A stretch of 64,000 nucleotides of DNA from Eledone cirrhosa (Eukaryota), in NCBI GenBank assembly GCA_964016885.1, contig OZ024742.1:184388001-184452000 (forward strand). The letters run 5' to 3'. Below are positions 44,961 to 56,523 of this stretch, piece after piece; the first letter of the stretch is position 1; every line of letters begins with the position of its first letter. A program made the position numbers and the translations under genes. The notes under the pieces were generated by a model. It saw nothing but the letters and a program-made list of their open reading frames with translations. It ran no database searches and had not been told where the DNA came from.

Positions 44961-46729
44961 TCATCGTCGTGTAACGTCCATCTTGCACGCTAGCATGGGC
45001 TAGACGGGAATTTTCCCAATGGAGGTAAGATTGGTCTGGTGACCGTGTCTCGCTTGTATAGGACTATCTGGCAAGTTGGATGCCCTTCCTAACACCAACC
45101 ACATTTAAAGTGTGGACTGGGAGCTTTTTACCTACATGACCACATTACAGCGTGGACTTTTTTTTCTCCCCCCCCCCTTTTTATATATACATACATACAT
45201 ATACACATATATATACATACATACATATACATACATACATATATACATACATATATCATCATCGTTTCACGTCTATCTTACACGTTAGCATGGGTTAGAC
45301 GGTTAGGTTCCATTTGATGCAGGAATATATATAAACATGAGGGGGAGAGAAAAGTGATTCAAATCGACTCCAGTACTTAACTGGTACTTTATTTCATTCT
45401 CAGAAGGATGAGAGGTAAATATGACCTTGGCAATAATAATGGTCTCTAAGTTTGGCAGAAGGCCGGCAATTTCGGAGGAAAGGGAAAGTCGATATATTTT
45501 GACTCAATACTTACCTGGTACTTTATTTTATAGACAGACCCCCCCACCCCACTCTGGGATGGATCAAAGGCAAAGTTGACATTGGTCAAATCTGTGAATT
45601 GAGTGAGGAAGAATCTGTCCAATGCGTTCTATATGGCTAAGTTGTGCTCTGTCAAACAGTAATATTCCATATCACCAACGAATTCGCTAGTTTATATACA
45701 ATGTATTAGCCACATTCATTGTGTTGAATGTTGCGTGTAAGAAAAACACTAAAAACTGTAAAATTCTAACAAAAACAAATTCCCCAAAAGCAGGATACTG
45801 TGGTCCTTTGAGCCCTTGCCTTTCTCTTCCGTTTTAAAATATTTCTAGTGTTTTTTCTGATTATTTTATAGTGATTCATTCATGTAGTTATTTATATATA
45901 TAATTGTTTCTACTTTTTGGCACAAGGCTAGCAATTATCCCAGTGTATTACTGGTACTTTATTTTATCGACCCCGTAAGGATGAAAGGCAAAGTTAGATT
46001 TCTAATAGACTAAGATTAATATACACAATGTCCAGTGAAAATAAGATGATTGTGTTCAAATGCATAGATATAAGTAGTTATATAAAAAAATGTTTCGATA
46101 GCTGTTGTTGGTATTGATTTCGTTAATCACAACAATACATAAAATATAACCAGTTCAATTATGTTTTGCAAGTTCTGTGAATAAGTCGCATGTTGGTTTT
46201 CACGTTGTATCTTCCTGAGAAGAGGCGCGACTTATACACGAGTTTATATTGAATATATAACACACATTCTTTTACGGTTTTCAGTCATGAGACTACGACC
46301 AGGCAAGAGCATCAACTTTATTTAGTGTTGATCATATCGACCATAGTACTTCTTTTTGCAAGTCTAGTGTTTTATTTTATCATCATTATTGTCGAACCGC
46401 TAGGTTATCGGACGTAAATACAGACATAAACGTAAACACAAATACGGAGACAGAAACACACACGACAGGCTTCTCCATTTACAAAGCATTAGTCAAAGCG
46501 AGGCTCTAGTAGACGACGCCCATTTATTTATACAGATACGAAAACAAAAATAAAGATGAAGAGAAAGCACAAGCAACATTGTTTGTTGAGTGAAAGACGT
46601 TCTTTCCGTCAAATAATAATTGTTTCTACTTTTGGCACAAGGCCAGCAATTATCCCAGTGTATTACTGGTACTTTATTTTATCGACCCCGTAAATATTAT
46701 TTATGTGAGGATATGACCTATATATACAT

Positions 46730-46772
<43 letters not shown>

Positions 46773-47126
46773 GAAAGCGGGAGATCAATATGGATGGATA
46801 GATAGAGATAACAAGCAAAAGCAGCATTGTTTGTTTTTGTGCGCGCGCGTTTGGTTTTACTGCAATATGGCATTGAAAGTGTCTAATATATTTGTTTATC
46901 CATTTATTTAAATATACCCAACTAGTAAATTTGACATCATTGTGTTTCCAGCACTTGACTACTGCCTGATTTGGGTCTTGCTAGATTGTCAAAACAACCT
47001 GACACAAATCTCACTAGATATACATAGAACACTCACAAACTCCGAGTGTACATAAAACGTTCAATGTTTGTGAGTAAGGGAGTAGGATTTATTTTCCGAA
47101 GAATTTAAAGAAGCATGAGTGCCGAA

Positions 47127-47178
<52 letters not shown>

Positions 47179-47606
47179 CATTAATATATTTTAGATTCTT
47201 AGTGGGGAGACCCTATCGTAATCGACTTTTAAGAAAAAACGAATAACATTGTTCTTTGAAGAAAGAAATATTGCTATAATATTTCATATAATCATTAAAC
47301 TTAATCTCTATTTAGCAACAAAGTACCAGTCAGTACTGTAGGTCGATATAATCGACCCACACCAAAAACAAATTGGTCTTGTGCCAATGCTAGAAAGAAT
47401 TTATTATAGATATTATTTCAGTAAGATGGCTGGCTACTTCACTGATACACTAGCGATAATAACACAGCAACAGTTGAGAGGGAGTTAATCCTTTTTATAA
47501 ATACTGTCTGTTACAATTACTGTTTAACATAAAATAAATAAAATGTCATTGAAAAGGCTGAAAATTTAAATTTATTTAGAAGAGGAAAACAAATCTGGTT
47601 TATCGA

Positions 47607-47663
47607 CAACCAACAACAAAAGGATAGATTTAAGGCTAAAACACGTTCAGAAAAAAATAAAAG

Positions 47664-47710
<47 letters not shown>

Positions 47711-47743
47711 TTAAGCTAAAACGCGGTTTGGAAAAAATAAAAG

Positions 47744-47789
<46 letters not shown>

Positions 47790-47838
47790 TGATTTAAAGC
47801 TAAAACGCGTTTGGAAAAAATAAAAGCTATATATATAT
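47607..47838. repeat. Three tandem units GATTTAAAGCTAAAACGCGTTTGGAAAAAATAAAAGC + (TA)n
   Basis: Direct reading. Confidence 0.85.
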
Positions 47839-48084
47839 AAAATGTAACTATAAAAATCAATTCTCAAAGGAGAGTAGAGATCAGACTTATAGAGTGTATT
47901 GAGTTATCTGAGTGTGAATTGTAATTACGAAAGAATGAGGCAAAGATATGTAGACAGAGGTACTTTATATTACTTAAAATACATGGCAATTAAGCATATG
48001 TCTCGTCAGTATTCAGTTTCATGATGGTATCTGATTAAACGTAGATCTGATACCATCATGAAACTGAGTAACGATGAAAACATG

Positions 48085-48272
48085 CTTCAGGGAGACGGGT
48101 CTAGTTTTTAGCATCTGCTTCCTCCTTTATGGATAGCAGATATTATGCATTCTTTTTCCGGTAGTTTACCACTTGCAGGGAGTCTTTGGAAGAGGATCTG
48201 CAGTAGTTTTGCTAATGTTCGCTAGAATGTTTTTAAGAGGATTGCTGGAAAACTATCAAGGCCAACAGCTGA
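48085..48272 (-). mobile_element. CR1/L2-group LINE RT fragment
   Basis: SAVGLDSFPAILLK...SGKLP...IHKGGSR...PVSL, homologous to 28920-29120. Confidence 0.75.
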
Positions 48273-49310
48273 ACAAGAAATGCAGAAATGACGGAACACA
48301 CACCCATTACACTCATTAAAAATATATAGATTCTCAGTAAAAAGATATTATCTTTTACCCGATTGCCTTCACAGACGCACGTTTTATTTATTATTATTAT
48401 ATATATATTTAATAATATATATTATTATCATTATATATATATATGACCTTGTGCCTAAAGTGGAAACAATTATTATTATATATATATAATGGAAAACGGA
48501 TGTAAAATGTGTGTATATGGAACTGTTTACATATTATATGAATATTAACAATGATTTATTTTATTATACTAAAAAATGCCATAAATACAACCATGCACAC
48601 ACTATAATAATATAAACACATAATTGTTTCTACTTTAGGCACAAGGTCAGCAATTGGCCAGCAATTACCTAGTGCATTACTGGTACTGGAGGGAAAGAAA
48701 AATGAATATCTGTCTATCTAATATATATATATATATATATAAGTCAAATAATGATGAGGAAAATATTAAGGGGAAAAGAAAAATATTTTGTTTATATAAT
48801 TTAGTTTGTTGTTATGAAATGAGGTCATGAAATCGCCATTGCAGAAATCGAAAACCCAAGTTTCATTTAAAAAAAAAATAATCCGGATGTTGCTGATAAT
48901 GGACCTTATTTGACAAATTTTTAACTTAATTGTTCCAACTCACTGAATTTGTTTATATATATTATATACACTATACTATATTATATATATAATCAATAAG
49001 GGTTTTCAGAAGAGGAAAAGAAGGGAACCACAGTTAAATAAAGATATATTAGTAGAGAATATACAAATGTATTTCATATAGAAATGACTTCTACAGGACA
49101 AGAACTGTTTCATTCGATGATTTCAAACGAATGAAACTGTTCTAGTTCTGTAGTCATTTACAATATTCTATATATGTATAGTATAAGTGTATGTATATTT
49201 AGGGTAGTTATTGAAGGTGAATAGACTGGTTGGAGCAATAACGGTCTTGTTTACGTGTGTGTGTGTATACCAGTGAAAATTCCGACCCTAACAAAATTTA
49301 CTTCACTTAC

Positions 49311-49391
49311 CAATGATTCATTGAGTCCATCAGGCTGTTCTTCATCTGTTTTAGGCTTTTTGCCTATTTGCTGGAATTTATAGATGGTCAT
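49311..49391 (-). CDS. ITM2B: ITM2/BRI2-family gene, coding exon 1 (MTIYKFQQIGKKPKTDEEQPDGLNESL)
   Basis: ATG at 49391, 27 codons, then GTAAGT donor in phase 0 matching exon 2. The charged MTI... N-terminus is typical of invertebrate ITM2. Not in the ORF track. Confidence 0.8.
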
Positions 49392-49626
49392 ATTTTGCAA
49401 CTGAGAATATATAATACACAAGACTGCGCCTCACGATGTATGTATGAAACAAAATGTATGTACAACACTTTTCTTCCTCTCTCTCTTTTTCTTACCCCCT
49501 TTCTCTTTGTGTTACCTCCCCTTCCTCTCTCTTTCTCTCTTTCTCTCTAAAATGAAACAAAATACAGGAAGCAAAATTGTACAAAATATAAGTTAGAGAT
49601 ATATCAGACGAAAGAATGGTATTTAA

Positions 49627-50620
49627 CTAATGTATTGGTACGCGATGGTGCCCACCCACAGCCCCGGCGGACAGAATGGAGAAGGCGTTTCCCCGGAGGA
49701 CGGCAAGGGAGACGCGCTGGAAAACCCACTCCAACTCGCGGGGCTCACAGCTGGGGCTGGCCAGCTCAGATCCTATGGTGGTGAGTAAAGAGGTAGCCCT
49801 GGGGCCGAAGACACCAGAAGTCTCCACTGCCAAGGGTATGACCGCAAACCTGTCGGAGAGCGACCGGTATTTGAGGAGTTTGGCCCCCCTCAGCCCGACG
49901 TGCAGCAGAACCTGGGTCAGGGGCAGACTGCACCAGTTTGCGGCTGCAGAAAGTGTCCGTGCAAGTGGCATCCCAGACGAGGGGTTTGCCACCGCGGAAC
50001 GGGAAGATGGTCATGCCATCTGGCCTTTTGCCGTCCCCTCGATCCAACCCCACCGGCTCTAGCTGGGAAGGGAAGCCTACAGCGTCCAAGCCTTGCTTGA
50101 TGACCTCGTTAAGGGCAGTATGGCGTGGAATGCGGCCGGCACTGTGGCGACAGGCAAGCGGGTGGAGGCCGAAAGAGTCCACGGTGGAACCGCAGCAACA
50201 TTGGTGTGGCTGGCAGATCCGGAGGCCAAGCCCCAGGGAAATGCCGATTCGCAGGCTATGGTTGTCTAGCTGCGTGCCAGGGGAGAAGGAGGGCAGGGCA
50301 TGGAGCCAGGCACCACTGTGGGGTTTGGAGGCCTGTCTGAGGCCAGGCAGCACTGGATGGCATCCCAAGTGCGTTGGGGGGACTTGACATCAACAGGGGG
50401 AGAAGGACGAGGGACGTCTACTGGGCTAAGTCCCAGCCGGCCCCACGTCTCACAGGCGGCCTCACGTTCTCTGAACACAGAGGGTTCTGTTGTGTTTTGA
50501 AAAACCCTGAGGACGCAGCACGAGGTTACCGACGAAAGATACGCCGACAAAGCTAGTGAGATCGGGGACCGGAGGCCAGCGTCACCATACCTGACCGGTA
50601 AAGTGGCCTGAAGCAAAATT
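49627..50620 (-). mobile_element. CRE-clade non-LTR retrotransposon 3' part (zinc knuckle + restriction-like endonuclease), frameshifted
   Basis: QATLPVRYG.AGLR, SGAWL, C.CG....HPLAC...RH..LN, KRPDG...WDATC.DT, AE..K..KY, PLAVETSG..G, QRVSLAVLRGNA. GC-rich relative to flanks. Confidence 0.85.
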
Positions 50621-51627
50621 ACAGTTTATATATATATAGCGTAGTTGTACTGGTTGAGGTCCAGTACAAAGCTTGACCATGGGAGCTGGATGTGACCACA
50701 CAACGACCCCAGCATCGGGTGATCCTGGATAGCTTGTGTGCATCCGCTCCGAATCACTCTATTATGTACGCATGGGATCTTATGATCGCGACATGAGTGT
50801 CCGTGCTTTATATCTCTTTGTTCTTTGTTTTCCGCATATATACATGCTTTTGTATTTATGTATATTTTTTGTTCATTCCTATAGTCACTTCCACAGCCTA
50901 GCAGTCCTTTTTTGACGGACGTGGTTGTTACCGTTGTTATTATTAATAAAGGGCAGTAGATTGGCAGTATCGGTAGAGGGTCGGGCGCCATGCTTTGCAG
51001 ACCTTTATGATCTGAGTTCAAATCCCGCCGAGGTTAACTTTGCCTTTCATCTTTACGGGGTCTATAAAATAAAGTACCAGTAATACACTGGAATAATGCT
51101 GGCCTTGTGCCAAAAGTAGAAACAATTATTAATACCAATGTAAGGGCAGCGGATTGACAGTATCGGTAGGCGTCGGACACCATGCTTTTCAGCTTAGAGT
51201 TACGGTCCTTTACGATCTGAGTTCAAATTCCGCCGAGTTTAACTTTGCCTTTCATCCTTACAGGGTCGATAACATAAAGTACCAGTCACGAACTGGGATC
51301 GATTTAATCGACTTTCCCCTCCCCCCAAAATTGCCTATATAAGAAACCATTATTAATAGCAATGTAGTTACAACTATTGTGGTTAATTTTTATTTTGCAC
51401 TGAGATTATTGCTGGCCAAAGGGTGGAAGCAATGATTATGATTACTATGTTAGTACTATTATTAATGTAAGAATTTACTTACAACGACCGGCACCACCAG
51501 GCCTTTTTTGTTGCCGTCGTCGGCGTGACGGGTTCATTACTGGTGTTACCGTTGTTGCTGTTAGTAGTGTTGCCGCTGCCTAGCCCTCGGGTGAGAATGT
51601 ACTTGCTGTCACTAGCTGGGTACTAAT

Positions 51628-52057
51628 TTAACGAAGGGTATTAATAAAAATATGTTAGATGGGATTAACATGGTTATTAGATGAAATAACAAGAATAAAG
51701 ATTTGGTTTATATATGGCGGTTTACTTCACTTGAGTCAAAAAGAAGAATAACATGTTACCACAAGTTGCGAAGGTTGACGTTGTTGTCGAGTAGTAGGGC
51801 TCCGATGTCTCTGTATCTCTGTAGGCCTCTAGGGTCTGTTGATAGCGGTGAATCTTTACATAGTTTGTTGTGTATCATAGAGCTCCAATCTATCTGTCCA
51901 AGGTGGGAAAATATAGGCTTTATATACCTGTCGCTTTCTGCCTCCCACCTTTAGGGGATAGCCCATGCATGAACCTGTTCACACCAAAAGGGTGATGACC
52001 TAGAATTTGACCTTTAGGTGTCACCCAAGGTTCAAGGTGCGGACAGATTTCACTACA
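51628..52057 (-). mobile_element. Solo LTR (430 bp) with 5-bp TSD CTAAT
   Basis: Minus strand starts TGTAGTGAA; TATATAAAG box at about 51918-51926; CTAAT at 51623-51627 and 52058-52062. The rejoined flanks match the neighbouring repeat unit at about 52228-52270. Confidence 0.7.
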
Positions 52058-53426
52058 CTAATATCACTACTACTGCGACGACCAGTGTGGGCGATGGGGC
52101 GGTGTTGCTGTTGTTGTTGTCGTCGTTGTCGTTGCTGTTGTCTTGAAGATGGCAGTCAAGTGTGTATATAGCTCTACCTCAGAGTACCGTTTATTGCTGT
52201 TGTTGTCGTCGTTGTTATTGTTGATGTTAGCTGAGTATTACTATCACTGCGACTACAACGGCCAATGTAGACTATGTTGGTCGGTGTTTGCTGTTGTCAT
52301 TGTTGTAGCTGTTGTCTTGAATGTGGCTGTCATCAAAATATATACCTCACCCTCCCTCAGAGTTCCGTTTGTTTCCACTATCTGCTGGATTCTAGCTACG
52401 CATAGACTATCGTTTGATACACATCAACAGAACACACTTAAGGAGTTACTCTTTTGTTGATTTAGGACCTTAATTCCGTGGGGGGTGCGTGAATCCTAAT
52501 TCCACTAATTGACACATGTATAACGGAATACTCCTATATTTTACCGGCGAAGATTCACATATTTCACTGCTTTACAAAACTTCACGATTCATCGATATCT
52601 CTAACGTTTGACATGATTCGAGCTCACAGCCTTCTCACTGCATTATTGTGCGTCAGACGTGACGTACATAATGGTGACTCCAAGCTAAGCTTAAACTTCA
52701 CTTCAATTGTCTACGCTCACGAATCACTTCTTCAAGTTATTTACCAAACTTCGATCCTACAGAATATTTACTGTGGTTTCGCTGCGATGCTTCAAAACAG
52801 TGCCAAACACCCAATACCCGAGAAATCGCTTCATCATCTTCTTCGACAGCAGCAGCAGCAACAACAACAACTCTACTAGCTTCCTAGTAAGAAACGATGA
52901 CATTCTTATGTCAAAGAAATTTTGAGAGGCGCATGACAGAAGCATTCGCAGAAGGACTGTTAGCCGCTTTCGCTAAGCTGGCAAGAATTAGATGGAACGG
53001 TGAATGAGTTGACATTTTCGCAGCGGAAATACGGCGATTGGCTATGTTGGCTGGATATCAGGTGGAATGCGAATGCACGGTGCGGTTGGCGTTCATAAAT
53101 GGATTTCCAGACGACATAGCGGTGAAACTGCAGCAAGTCCCGGGTTACAAAGAAATGGAAATGCGTTCACTGGTGGAACAACCCCGGATCATAGCAGAAG
53201 ATGCCAAGAAGAGTTTTGCGGCGATAGCAACTACAGAGGCTCAAGACAGCTGGCAGCGAAATGGTGAAAGGGAGGCAACCACGGCACACGGTCGCCCGTG
53301 AACGTTTAGAGGTCGTTGTTTTCGGTGCCAGGGCCCGCACATGGCTAGAGACTGCAGAGAGTCAAGGCCAGAAATAATATGCTACTGGTGTAAGCGACCA
53401 GGCCACATCGCTATTAACTGCGACCA

Positions 53427-53467
53427 GGGAAACGATCCAAGGGAAACTACTGTACCGGTAGTTGCCC
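53427..53467 (+). promoter_or_regulatory. -1 programmed ribosomal frameshift signal (gag->pol)
   Basis: G GGA AAC in the gag frame, 7-nt spacer, hairpin GGGAAACTAC/GTAGTTGCCC. The -1 frame is open into the protease; gag stops at 53478. Confidence 0.8.
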
Positions 53468-56271
53468 CTTACGAGTAGAGGCGCTGCCCGTGGTGGAAGT
53501 CTTCGTGAGGGGAAAGCCACAGCGAGCCCTCGTGGACACGGGCTGTACGATGACACTGGTGACCGCGGGGGTGGCGCAGAGGTGGAGAGGGAAGAGCAGC
53601 GTAAGGGCAGACGACGGCAGGAAAATTGAATGCCGAGGTCGCAGCGAGATGGAAATAGCGGTACGGGGAAGGAAAATAAGGCTTTCTGCCATCGTAGTAG
53701 ATAGCGTGGTGGATGGGATCAGCGTGGTTATGGGCATGGACGCAATTGGCCGTCTAAGAGGCGTCACAGTGAACAACGTCGGTGTGTCGTTTGGCGCCGC
53801 TGCATCTGTATGAGCTGTGAGTGCGCGACAGGAGAACCAGAAGGCCCACGAGGAGAAATACCCCGCTTACACTGTGCAGGACAAATACTTCAAGGCCGTG
53901 TTCAATGAGCAGCGATGGGTTGTTGAGTGGTACTGGAAGGGAGAACCACCAACACTGAAGACCAAAGTGGGCTGCTATCAACACACATTGAAGGGAAACA
54001 TTAGGAGCGAGTTCGAGCGAGAGGTAGAGAGATGGATTGGGGAGGGCATACTGCTTCCCTGGAAAGAGGAGGTGAAGTGCGGAGTATTGCCGTTAATGGC
54101 GGTGGCACAACCCACGAAGAACAAGGTGAGGCTGGTGCTGGACTTTCGGGAGCTGAACGAGCACGTGTCATGCCACACGGGTGGCGAGGTCACGGATGTC
54201 TGTGGGGAAACCCTGCGTGAGTGGAGACGCATGACGGGGGGTTCAGCAATCATAGATCTAAAGTGGGCATACTTGCAATTGCATATAGATGAGAAGCTCT
54301 GGCAGTATCAGCTGGTCAGGTATAAGGGCCGGACATATTGCCTGACCAGGCTCGGTTTCGGGCTGAGCTCCGCACCGAAGATCATGGTGGCGGTCCTCAA
54401 GACCATTCTGGGAAAGGCCGACAACTCCTATATTGACGACATCCTAGTGGACGAGTCTGTGGTGTCGGCGGCGGAGGTCACAAGCCATTTACAGGGGTAT
54501 GGATTGGCTGCAAAGCCGTCAGACGCGTTGGAGGGAGGAGCCACGCTGGGACTTAGGCTACGGCGAGACAGGACGGGCGTCTTGGTATTCCAGAGAGGAA
54601 ATGAAGTTCCAGAACTGGGCCCAAGTATGAGTAGGCGGGAGCTTTTCTCGGTGTGTGGAAAGTTGGTGGGTCACTACCCGATTGCTGGGTGGCTCCGGAC
54701 GGCATGCAGCTATGTCAAGAGACGAGCGGGAGGAGTGACTTGGAGTGACAGAGTGGGAGAGAGGACGGTGGCCACAATGCAGGAGATCGTGGGGAGGGTG
54801 AAGGCCGACGACCCAGTGCGGGGACACTGGTATGTTCCCAAATCACAGAGCGGGACCGTATGGTGCGATGCCAGCAGCATAGCGCTGGGTGTCACGTTGG
54901 AGATAGGAGGTGTTGAGGTCGAGGATGCAGCCTGGCTTAGGAAGAAGGACGACTGCAACCACATCAATGTGGCCGAACTGGACGCAGTGTTGAGAGGGGT
55001 GAACCTCGCCCTGAGGTGGGGGACTGCGCACCATCGAGATACGCACCGACTCAGCTACTGTACTCGGATGGGTGAGATCAGTGCTCACCAGTTAGAAGAG
55101 AGTGCGAACGAGAGGGGCGGCGGAGATGCTGATAAAGCGCTGCCTGGGAACTTTAGGAGAGCTGGCCACCGAGTTATACCTGAGGCTGAGCGTAGTTTTT
55201 GTGCCCTCAGTGAAAAATAGGGCGGACATCTTAACTAGGGTGAAGAAAGCCTGGATGGAAGCGCCGGAGGAGGTAGAAGATGGGATAGCTGCCGTGTGTC
55301 GGCTGACCGAGTCGGTTCTGAAAGGGTTGCATGACATGCACCACATGGGAGTGGATAGGAACCTGTTCCTAGCCAGGAGAATCGACTCGGACGTTAACAG
55401 ACACAGTGTTCAAAGGGTGGTTAGAGGCTGCGTCCGATTTCAGTCCATTGATCCCGCCCCGGGTGTACACAAAACGGGAAGCCTCCCGGTGGATCGCGAC
55501 TGGAAGCGATTGGCGGTGGATGTAACGCACTACCGACAGGGAACGTACCTCTCGATGGTCGACTGTGGACCAGGACGGATGGCGATATGGAGGGAGATGA
55601 AGACTGGCACGGCCGAGGAAATCATGCGGACGTTGAGAGAGGTGTTTTGGAGCGGGGCCCTGTGGACGAACTGCTGATGGACAACAGCGCAGCGTTCCAC
55701 TCGGAGGCGCTGAGGGAGATGCTCGATGGATGGAAGGTGGACCGTTTCTTCAGAACAGCGCACAGGCCGAGCGGGAATGGAATTGTGGAGCGACACCACC
55801 AAACGATCAAGGCAATGGCGGAGCGGGGCCATATCTCACCAATGGAGGCAGTGTTCTGGTACAACATGTCCCATCGGGTGGGACAGGTCAAGGAATCGGT
55901 GCCACACAGAGCAGTATTCAGATACGAGTGGCGGCACCCGTGCACGCCACCACAACGGCCAGTGGGAGAGAGAGTGCAAGTGGGCGAAGAAGTCTGGGTT
56001 AAGCCCCGAGATGCACGTTGCACATCTCAATGGGGAAGGAAAACGGTGACGGCCGTAAATTCCCAGAACAATGTGTCCGTGGACGGAGTACCACGTCATG
56101 TCCTGGATGTCCGTAGAATCACTGTGTCAACGGACTCCGAGGAAGAGGAAATCCAAAGTGCTGCCCCAACACTGCGGAGATCGCAAAGAAGTCGTAAACC
56201 ACCAACCTGGACAGCAGACTTTCATATGCAGAAGGACGAGGGGGAAATTGATCCTTGAGATCAGGGGGGCG

Positions 56272-56523
56272 TGTGGGTATGGTGTAGCGAACGGTGGCCA
56301 GAAGCGGGGCAGTGCTCAACCGGAAGGGTGCTTGGCCGGAATGATGCTCGACCGGAAGGGCCAGCAGATGGCCCTCTCTAGTGGTGACCAGCAACGGTGT
56401 GGACGCGAGTTTTGGCAGCTCCCGGTGTTAAGCAGTTTGCCGCACGTGGAAGAGGAGAGACCAGCAGTGGAATTTAGTGGCGCCTATGAAAAGCGGTAAG
56501 TGAGATAGCTTTTTCTAACCACA
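56272..56523 (+). repeat. 3' LTR of the Gypsy element (252 bp)
   Basis: Purine tract AGGGGGG immediately upstream; TGTGG...CCACA inverted termini. Confidence 0.75.

Larger units (their letters stand above)
52920..56523 (+). mobile_element. Ty3/Gypsy LTR retrotransposon (gag-pro-RT-RNaseH-IN), decayed, 5' LTR missing
   Basis: Knuckles CFRCQGPHMARDC and CYWCKRPGHIAINC; LVDTG; VLDFRELN, IDLKWAYLQ, LGFGLSSAP, YIDD; WCDAS, AELDA; HDMHHMG, AVDVT, LMDN, NGIVER. Order PR-RT-RH-IN, with premature stops and frameshifts. Confidence 0.95.

Noticed and set aside
52440-52880. CpG-containing segment with TGACGT motifs and a (CAG/CAA)n run, a possible promoter or exon
   Set aside because: No supportable ORF, splice pair or homology; needs expression data.
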